64,000 bases of DNA. Source: a virus. The translations under genes were made by a program, and so were the position numbers. Below, in pieces: positions 9,300 to 17,047 of this stretch (positions are counted from its first letter, which is position 1; each line of letters starts with the position of its first letter). The stretch is taken from the IMG/VR virus record IMGVR_UViG_3300009431_000004. One strand, given 5' to 3'. The notes beneath the pieces are model-generated. The model saw only the letters and a program-made list of their open reading frames with translations. It ran no database searches and had not been told where the DNA came from.

Positions 9300-9737
9300 C
9301 TACCCCTTGGCAGAAGGACTCGGCCCCCCTGACTTTGCCGGGGGTTTCAGCAGCCGCGACGCCGCTATCAGCTCGTCCGGTGGGGGCATCGTAGCGGGGT
9401 CGATGACCCGTACCTGCGAAAGGGGGATTGGCACGAAGACGCTGAACTGGAAGCAGTGCATCCCCTCCGGCGGGTCGAACCCGTAGTTGTCGATGCCAAC
9501 GCCATCCGGCCCATCAATACCGACCGGCGTGTACTCGACTTCAAGGACGACATCGAACTTGGGGTCGTCGTAGAACAGGGTCGGGGAGAGGTAGGTGTAG
9601 CGGTATCCCCCTTTCTCTCCCGTCCGCCAGAACAGGGGGCTGCCCCAGAGGACACCCTCGCGCTGTATCTCCGCCCACCGCTCAGAGGTGGTCTGGTGGT
9701 AGAATCTTGGCCGCTCTAGTCGGTCGGAGGCTCCCAT
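9300..9737 (-). CDS. putative ADP-ribosyltransferase-fold protein
   Basis: start revised to MGASD; FYHQTT..I.REGV, TYLS, VVLEV, FQF..PIPLSQV resemble the ART/Tpt1 C-domain strand pattern. Confidence 0.55.
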   Translation of the reverse strand: MGASDRLERPRFYHQTTSERWAEIQREGVLWGSPLFWRTGEKGGYRYTYLSPTLFYDDPKFDVVLEVEYTPVGIDGPDGVGIDNYGFDPPEGMHCFQFSVFVPIPLSQVRVIDPATMPPPDELIAASRLLKPPAKSGGPSPSAKG

Positions 9738-9982
9738 GTGCGGCACTCCCTCCGGCACCGCTTCTTCAGCGCCGCAGCTTCCCTCTTGGCGGCTGCCAGC
9801 GCCCTCTTGAGGCTCTCCGCCCGGTCCTGCGCCAGCACGTACTCCTCGCACAGCGGGGAGCCGCACTTGTACTTGGTGGACTCGATGGAGCGCACCACGA
9901 CGCCGGGCTTGGGAGGGTTAATCTTCGCGTGCAGCTCGCCAGACCAGCACACGAGGACGAGTATCAGAATGGCCCATTTCAT
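9716..9982 (-). CDS. small secreted/membrane-anchored coiled-coil protein
   Basis: MKWAILILVLVCWS signal-like N-terminus; Ala/Lys helical C-terminal half. Confidence 0.6.
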   Translation of the reverse strand: MKWAILILVLVCWSGELHAKINPPKPGVVVRSIESTKYKCGSPLCEEYVLAQDRAESLKRALAAAKREAAALKKRCRRECRTWEPPTD

Positions 9983-9991
9983 CTCTGGCTC

Positions 9992-11734
9992 CTAAACCTC
10001 GTCCAAGTCCAAGTTCTTCATCTCCTGCTCGTCGATAGCGTCCCCGACCGCCGCGTTCTCTTGCGGCGTCATCGTCACCTCGTGGCATGTCAGGATGCGG
10101 CGACAGGGCCACTCCACCCGTGCGTCGAACATCTCGAACGGCGCTCCGTCCCGGTTCTTGAGATTTTGGTACTGCACCCGGTTCGCCTTGATGAGGTCCT
10201 TGTCAATCCACGAGGTAGTCACGATGTCGGCACTCCGCTCCGCCTCGTTCGCGTAGGACAGGTGGGTGAGGTCGTAGGACGGCCTGCCGCCCTTCTCCTT
10301 CCGCTTCGTCGCGGCCTTGTAGCCCTCGCGGTTAATTTGGAACAGGGCCACGGTGGCGATGCCCTGCCCACGGTGGAACGACATGGCCAGCCGCTTGAGG
10401 TCACGGATGATTTCGTTCAGCCGGTCGGTCGTGCTGGACACCCACTTCCGGGGGGACATAAGGCCCACATGGTCCACGAAGATAGTGCGGAACGGAGTCT
10501 GGGTGTAGATGACCTCTGCCCGGTGCCGCAGGTCCGCCAAGGTGAAGTCGGACTTGTCGGGGTCGGCCACCTCGATGTGAATCTTGCCGTAGGGCCACGG
10601 CCACGGCTTACCTGTGGATGCTTGAAGGCTGGCCTTGAACGGCATCTTGGACTCGGGGTCGATGAAGTCCTCGCCCGTGTCGGGATGGTGGTCCACGTCC
10701 ACCAGCGGCAGCCCGGTGTCCTTGCCCTTCACCTTCTTCGTCTCCCCATTGAAGTCGGGGATGACGTAATCCATGAGGAACCGTCGGGCCGGGGACATGG
10801 CGACGGCTTTCTTCTTGTTGCCGTTGCACTTGAGGAGGCTCCCGTCCCATTCGTGGAGGGTGCCGTCCCGAACGTCCTGATAGGGCAGTCCCACGCAGGC
10901 CGTCGGGTCTTTTTGAAGGCCGAGGCCAAACCGGATGAGCTTGAACTTGTCGTGGGCGGAGTGCATGGCGTAGAGCATCCGGCGACACTGGTTGTAGGGC
11001 ATTTCCAGCGAGAAGCACAGCGAGCTGTAGCGGTAGAAGACCGCCTGATTGTAGGCCCAGTTGAGCATGAACGTGGACTTCATGCCCCCGGTGAAGGCGG
11101 CGTGAATCCACAGCTCGAACTTCTTGGCCCCGTTCAGGGCGTTGTCTATCTGCTCGATGCCGGTATGGGAGCCGACCCCGGCCAGCGGGTCCTCCTCGAC
11201 CCGGATGTACTCGTTCTTGAGGTCATCCCCGTCCGTCGTGGCCTCCCCGGAGAGGCGCGTCCCGAAGGTCGGGGCCACAATGTCGTGGCTCCGGTCGAGG
11301 ACGAAACGCACGGCGTCAATCTCACCCTGAAGGTGCGTGACCTTGCCCTTGGCGTCCTTGATGTCGATGCCGGACGTGAGGATGGCGTTGGCCTCCTTGA
11401 ACATCTCGGTGGCTGCCCTCCACCGCCGGTCCTTGGCCTTGTCCTCTACCCGTGTCTCGAAGTCTCCCAGCACGAACAGCGGGAGGTCTTCGAGTACCCC
11501 GAGGCGACTGACGATGGCGTCTTCCCCTTGGAGCTTGAAACGGCTCTTGAGGGTGGTCACGTCGGGGACATGGTTGTGCTGAAGAACGAAGTCCCGGACC
11601 TCGTTCCAGACGATGCCGTCTTCCGGCACCTCGAAGGGCAGCCCGCTGGCGTTCAGGAGCCGATAGTTGCGGAGCAAAAGCTCTTTGTCATCCGTGGGTT
11701 TGCTGGCGAAACAAGAGCGCAGGAGGGTTTTCAT
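9992..11734 (-). CDS. dnaB: DnaB-like (SF4) replicative helicase
   Basis: H1 AAFTGGMKST, H1a FSLEM, H2 IFVDHVGLM, H3 LFQINREG, H4 EAERSADIV, KNRDG arginine finger. Confidence 0.93.
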   Translation of the reverse strand: MKTLLRSCFASKPTDDKELLLRNYRLLNASGLPFEVPEDGIVWNEVRDFVLQHNHVPDVTTLKSRFKLQGEDAIVSRLGVLEDLPLFVLGDFETRVEDKAKDRRWRAATEMFKEANAILTSGIDIKDAKGKVTHLQGEIDAVRFVLDRSHDIVAPTFGTRLSGEATTDGDDLKNEYIRVEEDPLAGVGSHTGIEQIDNALNGAKKFELWIHAAFTGGMKSTFMLNWAYNQAVFYRYSSLCFSLEMPYNQCRRMLYAMHSAHDKFKLIRFGLGLQKDPTACVGLPYQDVRDGTLHEWDGSLLKCNGNKKKAVAMSPARRFLMDYVIPDFNGETKKVKGKDTGLPLVDVDHHPDTGEDFIDPESKMPFKASLQASTGKPWPWPYGKIHIEVADPDKSDFTLADLRHRAEVIYTQTPFRTIFVDHVGLMSPRKWVSSTTDRLNEIIRDLKRLAMSFHRGQGIATVALFQINREGYKAATKRKEKGGRPSYDLTHLSYANEAERSADIVTTSWIDKDLIKANRVQYQNLKNRDGAPFEMFDARVEWPCRRILTCHEVTMTPQENAAVGDAIDEQEMKNLDLDEV

Positions 11735-12543
11735 CTCTTCCCTCCCTTCTTCGGATTCTCGGTCACGGTCTGGTCCAGCATGGATGTCGCTGACTCATCC
11801 TTGAACCCTTGGCTCATGGTCGGCGCGACTCCCGTAGTCCCGGCTGTCGGGAACGCAGGCTCGACCCCTTCAGGAAGGGTTGAGCCTTCCAGCTCGATTG
11901 CAGGCCACAGGCAGAGGGTGTTCTCGACGTGGGAATCCCACGAGATATGTTCGTGGTTGAGCCTCTTGAGAGGGTGGTCCACAACCCATGTCGGCTTGTC
12001 GAGATGGAGCCGGTGGGTGATGGCTTCGAGCAACACCTCCGGCATTGCCGCGTTGCGGGCCACCTTGACCCCCACAATGATGATTAGCAGCTCGGGAGGC
12101 TCAGTGAGGTCCGCGAGACTTCCAAATCGGTTAGAGGGGCGTCTACGGCGGCTCACGTCCACATCTGGGTCTACGACTTCGTTGGCCCCGGAGAGCCACG
12201 CATCCATGAGGTCGGTGTCCGAGACGACGGCGAAGTACCACCGAGGCCCCATGCGGATGGCCACATGGCGCAGATGCTCCTTCAGGGCCACGTCCGGGGA
12301 CGTGATACGCAGGCACTCCTTGTCACGTCCCCAGAGAGGTGATTCGGGGATGGGCCGGGCGTCCCCAAGACCCTTCCAACCGCGCTCGACGTTGGCCTTC
12401 ACGTCCCTGACGACGACGCAGGTGCAGATACGGGTCTGACCGCCCGTGATGCCGGTCTGCTCCTCCGCCGGGATGGGTATAACCCCCCTGCCGTGGCAGT
12501 GAGGGCAATCTACCTTCCCGTCACCTTGCGGATAGTCGCTCAT
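11731..12543 (-). CDS. DnaC/IstB-like helicase-loader homologue with degenerate ATPase motifs
   Basis: N-terminal CPHCHGRG..CTC; ELLIIIVG..EVLLEAITHR..KPTWVV; lies immediately upstream of the helicase. Confidence 0.65.
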   Translation of the reverse strand: MSDYPQGDGKVDCPHCHGRGVIPIPAEEQTGITGGQTRICTCVVVRDVKANVERGWKGLGDARPIPESPLWGRDKECLRITSPDVALKEHLRHVAIRMGPRWYFAVVSDTDLMDAWLSGANEVVDPDVDVSRRRRPSNRFGSLADLTEPPELLIIIVGVKVARNAAMPEVLLEAITHRLHLDKPTWVVDHPLKRLNHEHISWDSHVENTLCLWPAIELEGSTLPEGVEPAFPTAGTTGVAPTMSQGFKDESATSMLDQTVTENPKKGGKR

Positions 12544-15506
12544 TGGTCCTTGGCGTCCTCACGGAGCGCATGGAACAGGTCTGAAATCTCGTTCTCGGCG
12601 GCGATGATGGTGTCGTCGTCTTCGCCCTTGATGCGTTTCCCCAAGACGGCCTCTACCAGCTTCATCTTCTTCCGCAACACTTCCATTACCCGATGGTCAA
12701 CGGTCTTCGACCTACCCTTGGCCACAAGGTGGATGACGTAGCAGCGGTCGTGCAGCGACCCGATGCGAATCATCCGGCCCACGAGCTGAAGGAAGTCTCC
12801 GGCAGACCACGGGGTGTCCACACAGATGACTGCCTTCGCCGCTTGCAGGTTGATTGCCTCGGACCCGGCGGCGGTGATGCAGCATACTCGCGTCCCGCTC
12901 TCCGGGTTCTGGAAGGTGGCCATGGCGTCCTGCCGCTGGGCTTCGTTTTCGGACCCGGTGATGCGGACGGCCTCGACTTTCTTGGTCTTGAGAGTGGGCA
13001 TGATGATGTCAATCATCTTGCGGAACCGGGAAAACACGATGACGTTCTCTTCGGCAAGGTCGCCTTCGGTCAGCATGTCGGTGAGCTGGGTCAGCTTGGG
13101 GGACTCGGTTTCGATGCCGAGGAGTTCGAGGTCATTGCATATCTGCTGGCAGTAGGTGATGGCCGTCAGCTTCGTGACCTCGGTGACTTCCCCGGTCCCC
13201 TTCTCCAACAGACCGGCCAGAGCCTCGTCGTACTTTCCCTGCTGTTCGTCGGTGAGGGGGATTTCCACGACCTGCGGAATCAGGACGGGCAGCTCGGAGG
13301 CCACCTCGTGCTTGGGCCTGCCGAGGAAGTAAGGGTCGATGACATCCTTGAACTCCTGAATCCGCTCCGGGGTGTACCCGATGATGACCGGCACATGCCG
13401 GTTGGACCGGGGAATTTGCTGCATCCGAACGACGCAGTAGTACATCATGAACTTGTTGTGGTTCATGCCGAACAGGCCGGGCATGACCACCTGATAGATG
13501 CCGTAGCCCTCCATGAGATGATTCTTGATGAGGGTCGCGGTCAACCCCCATGCCCGCTTGGCACTGGCGGCCATGAACTTGCAAACCTGATGGACCTGCG
13601 TCCGGGGGTTCTTGAAGGCCGTGGCTTCGTCGAAGACCACGATGTAGTCCGTCAACCCCTGAATCCGGGAGATGTCCCTGACGGCGCTCCTGTAGCCCAT
13701 CACGACGACGCACGGACCCGTGGACTTCTCCCAGTAGTCGATGGCCTTCATGCGCTGGGTGGGTGTCCCACGGCACCCGATGACCCGGACGTTCCGGGTG
13801 AACTTGGAGAACTCCCGGACCCATTGGGTAGTGCCTGACTTGGTGGTCAGGACCACGACCTTCTGCGTCGGGTCCTTCTCCCAGATGTGGCAGAGCGCCG
13901 CGATGGTTTCGAGGGTGTTGTGGTTAATGAGGCCATTGCCGACGAAAGAGTGAGCGGGGTCATCAACTTCAATGTCAAAGACCTCTTTGAAACCCTCCGT
14001 GACCTTTTCTATAGGGTCGTAAAAAAACTTTTGTTGGCAGACATTCCGAACAGCTACAACTGACGGATGGTCAGAAGGAACATCGACTTCAGCGGCCACT
14101 TCCAGCATCTTCTCCAAATAGGCATAAGTGGGATTCCGAGTTCCCTGCCGGATGTGGCCCATAGTAGTATAGAAACCACTCCCCCACCGAGTTGAGATGC
14201 CTTCTCCACTATGCCCATGAAGACCGGCTTTCTCGTAAATCTCTGCCCTCAGATTTTCGACAAGCTCCTTGGCAAAAGGAATCACATCATGATTCGGATT
14301 CGAGAGGTCAGGCAATATCCCTTGCAGCCGTTCTTGTTTCCGGGGCGAGATAAACCCGATTACTTTTTGGAATTGCCGGGCATCATTTCCAAAGATGGTC
14401 AGTCTCCAATACGTATGGGCGTGACCAGTCGCTATCTTTGTGCTTCGTTTAGCCACTATGCCGAACTTGAGCAGGAGAATTTGAACCTCTCGGGCAAGTT
14501 GTTCCGAAGCTGTGGAATACTCAATACCCCCAGTGGACACGGCTCCCCCGTCTCCTTCAAACAACCCCCGCAGGAATTCCCGGACGGACCTCTCCGTTGC
14601 CCTCAAAATTGGGTCCGGCACCCTCTTGTCTGCCGAGAGGGTGTAATCCACACCCATCCCCTCTAAATACCGGCGAAGAAAAACACTGTCGATATTGGTG
14701 TCCGTCTGAACACGCCGAGCATCAAAACCAAGTTGAACCCCCAACAAGCGCCGGATGTCTTTCCACACCATGGGATTTTTCACTGGGGATTGTGATATGG
14801 TGAACTTATACCGATTATTGACCCAGCCTTCCGCCACAATGTAACCGAGAAGACGGGCCAATTCTGGATTCATTACATCAGGTACATCAAAGACACGAGC
14901 GTTTCCCGCCACTGACGGAAGTTGCAAAGCGGGTTCTTGCATTGGGAACACCCCCCGGCTTCGGGGAATACACACATAATCCCCTCGCTCAAGGTGTTGA
15001 AGCTGCTGGAATTCCTCACCAGAACTACCACGCATATATAAGGGATGGACAAAGGAACCCTCAACTTCAAACCCGTACCGACTTCTTACTCTACGAGTGG
15101 GCTTGTATCCCCCGTAATAAAAAGCCCGGATAGGGGCGGTGCGCCCCTCTTCCCCTACGCGGATTCGCCAATTACTACTTGACGGTGCGGGGCAAAAGGT
15201 ATCCGGCTTCATCCCAGCGGGGCACAGGTCACGGATACGCACTAAACCTTGATTTGTTTCCATCAGGGTCGGCCCTGTCACGCACTTGCCCAGTCCCGTG
15301 TCGTCTCCGAGGACGAACCGGCGCATCCCCACGAGGTGCATGATGCCTTGCGCCTGATAATAGCGGATGCGGAGAGGCTTCTCCGTCCCGTCGAAGTCCG
15401 TGTACGTCTCCTTGAGGTGCGTGGTCCGCTTCAACTTCAGGTCGGTCCGCGTCCGCATGGTCTTGAGCTTCTTGTAGGTCTTCGCAAGCTGAGAGTCGGG
15501 GTCCAT
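12540..15506 (-). CDS. SNF2-family (SF2) helicase/translocase containing an intein
   Basis: RYYQ, LGDDTGLGK|T, VVFDEAT, GLTATLIKN, VIVFSRF, SEAINLQ, PWS..QLVGRMIRIG. Confidence 0.95.
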   Translation of the reverse strand: MDPDSQLAKTYKKLKTMRTRTDLKLKRTTHLKETYTDFDGTEKPLRIRYYQAQGIMHLVGMRRFVLGDDTGLGKCVTGPTLMETNQGLVRIRDLCPAGMKPDTFCPAPSSSNWRIRVGEEGRTAPIRAFYYGGYKPTRRVRSRYGFEVEGSFVHPLYMRGSSGEEFQQLQHLERGDYVCIPRSRGVFPMQEPALQLPSVAGNARVFDVPDVMNPELARLLGYIVAEGWVNNRYKFTISQSPVKNPMVWKDIRRLLGVQLGFDARRVQTDTNIDSVFLRRYLEGMGVDYTLSADKRVPDPILRATERSVREFLRGLFEGDGGAVSTGGIEYSTASEQLAREVQILLLKFGIVAKRSTKIATGHAHTYWRLTIFGNDARQFQKVIGFISPRKQERLQGILPDLSNPNHDVIPFAKELVENLRAEIYEKAGLHGHSGEGISTRWGSGFYTTMGHIRQGTRNPTYAYLEKMLEVAAEVDVPSDHPSVVAVRNVCQQKFFYDPIEKVTEGFKEVFDIEVDDPAHSFVGNGLINHNTLETIAALCHIWEKDPTQKVVVLTTKSGTTQWVREFSKFTRNVRVIGCRGTPTQRMKAIDYWEKSTGPCVVVMGYRSAVRDISRIQGLTDYIVVFDEATAFKNPRTQVHQVCKFMAASAKRAWGLTATLIKNHLMEGYGIYQVVMPGLFGMNHNKFMMYYCVVRMQQIPRSNRHVPVIIGYTPERIQEFKDVIDPYFLGRPKHEVASELPVLIPQVVEIPLTDEQQGKYDEALAGLLEKGTGEVTEVTKLTAITYCQQICNDLELLGIETESPKLTQLTDMLTEGDLAEENVIVFSRFRKMIDIIMPTLKTKKVEAVRITGSENEAQRQDAMATFQNPESGTRVCCITAAGSEAINLQAAKAVICVDTPWSAGDFLQLVGRMIRIGSLHDRCYVIHLVAKGRSKTVDHRVMEVLRKKMKLVEAVLGKRIKGEDDDTIIAAENEISDLFHALREDAKDQ
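13917..15284 (-). mobile_element. intein (456 aa) with LAGLIDADG homing endonuclease, inserted in Walker A of the SNF2 helicase
   Basis: GK|CVTGPT start, block B GSFVHP, LLGYIVAEG and FLRGLFEGDG, VFDIEV..SFVGNGLINHN|T end; visibly AT-richer. Confidence 0.95.
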
Positions 15507-15560
15507 TTGTCACTCCGAGGGCGTCTTTATCTTTACCCGATGCGCTGGGAAATGAGTCCC

Positions 15561-16160
15561 CTACAACAGGACGTAAAGTACGTCCCAGAGGAGAAGACCG
15601 TGCGGAAACTGCGTAGGGCGTGTTTCGAGGGCCAGCATGACGGCTGCCCGCAGGTAAATCGGACCTCGCCTCTTGGGGACATCGGGGCGCAGCTTCTCGA
15701 TGGCCTTCGCGTACTTTTTGAAGATTTTGACGAGTCCCTGCCCGATGGTCGAGGCCAGAATCGTCTGGCACCACAGGGCCAAGTTCTGAAAGGCCGTGTC
15801 CACAGCCTCCTCGATTTCGCTCGGGGGCAGGCGGAGGGCAGCGTGGTACGGGGGTGTGTCTCCGGCGGCGTCCATGATGTCACGCCCGACTGCGAGCGCC
15901 CGCTCCTGCTTCTTCGGCATGTCGGGCCAGTTTTTCCGTTGCTCTTTGAGGAGGAAGAAGATGTAGGGGAGCCACTCCATCGGGACGCCCGCTTTGTCGG
16001 ACTCGATGGCGACCTGCCGGACGAAGGCTTTGCCCTGCTTCAGGACGACTGCCTCAAAGTCCTTCATGATTCTGGCGAGGAGCTTGTTCTCTTCCGTCTC
16101 GGGCTGGCCGATGCCACGGCCAAAGAGCTTCTGATGGATGGCTTTCCAGTTGGTCTTCAC
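15561..16160 (-). CDS. hypothetical protein
   Basis: 199 aa, GTGA-coupled to the upstream gene, typical codon bias. Confidence 0.7.
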   Translation of the reverse strand: MKTNWKAIHQKLFGRGIGQPETEENKLLARIMKDFEAVVLKQGKAFVRQVAIESDKAGVPMEWLPYIFFLLKEQRKNWPDMPKKQERALAVGRDIMDAAGDTPPYHAALRLPPSEIEEAVDTAFQNLALWCQTILASTIGQGLVKIFKKYAKAIEKLRPDVPKRRGPIYLRAAVMLALETRPTQFPHGLLLWDVLYVLL

Positions 16161-16921
16161 GACGGCTCCCCGATGTCCACAATGACCCGTCCCGGCTGGT
16201 CCACCACCAAAGAAGCACCGTGCATCGTCCGGGTCACTTTGATGCCCTCGGTGGGCGTCACTGCCACCTGACGGCCCGGAACCGTGATGTGGCCCACCCG
16301 GCGGTCCTGCCGGGACGGCAGCGGTGTCTCCCGCTCCTTCAGATGGGCCAGCACTTGGGCGAAGGAAGACCGTTCGAGTCCGAGCGAACGGATGGACTCT
16401 GCCGTCCGGGGACCGATGATGCCGTCGATGGGGCCACAGTTACGACCAACCCGGTGGAGCTGGGCCTGCGCGAACCGCTCGTCCGGCTTGTCTCCCTTCC
16501 ACTGGCCCACGTCGCACTGGGCGGCGCAACAGACCGAGGGCCACGCCAGATGACCCCGACCTTCGGCCAACAGGCGGTCGTAGAGTGGCTGCCACGGACC
16601 GAGGAAGTGGTAGATGTAGTTGATGTCCCCGACGATGGGATAGCGGTCCCAAGGAGTGACCCCGAGGGGTACGGCGTAGCCCCAGAGAGCGTTCAGGGCG
16701 CTCTGGGGGTCGTGTTCTTCTTTCCGGGTCAACGTGAGATGCAGCTCCCGCCCCGCCGGAGCGAGAGACAGAATCTCTCCATCGGCGCTGCCTGCTTTGG
16801 GGCCGAGCAGCTCCAACTGCCAGCCGGTCGCACCCGCGTTGGCTTCGAGCGATTGCACGAGATGGGCGGTATCTTGGGTCAGAAGCAGACCCCGGAAGTT
16901 GATGAGAGTCTCGCGCTGCAT
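16157..16921 (-). CDS. peptidoglycan-binding-domain protein with degenerate M15-peptidase-like N-terminal region
   Basis: AQAQLHRVG..CGPIDGIIGPRTAESIR (PG_binding_1 pattern); GAGGAGG RBS. Confidence 0.7.
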   Translation of the reverse strand: MQRETLINFRGLLLTQDTAHLVQSLEANAGATGWQLELLGPKAGSADGEILSLAPAGRELHLTLTRKEEHDPQSALNALWGYAVPLGVTPWDRYPIVGDINYIYHFLGPWQPLYDRLLAEGRGHLAWPSVCCAAQCDVGQWKGDKPDERFAQAQLHRVGRNCGPIDGIIGPRTAESIRSLGLERSSFAQVLAHLKERETPLPSRQDRRVGHITVPGRQVAVTPTEGIKVTRTMHGASLVVDQPGRVIVDIGEPS

Positions 16922-17047
16922 TCACGCCTCCTCTAATGGACGGGATAGGCTGCCTACCGACGGCGACACTCCATTTTACCCCGTGCGGGCAATAGAGAGT
17001 CTATCCGCACCCTCTAATGAGTTCGGTGTCTTCAACGGAGCCTTGAT

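Noticed and set aside
9716-9982. Spanin or holin call for this ORF and for 28167-28721
   Set aside because: The topology is compatible, but there is no nested o-spanin lipoprotein or adjacent active endolysin to support it.
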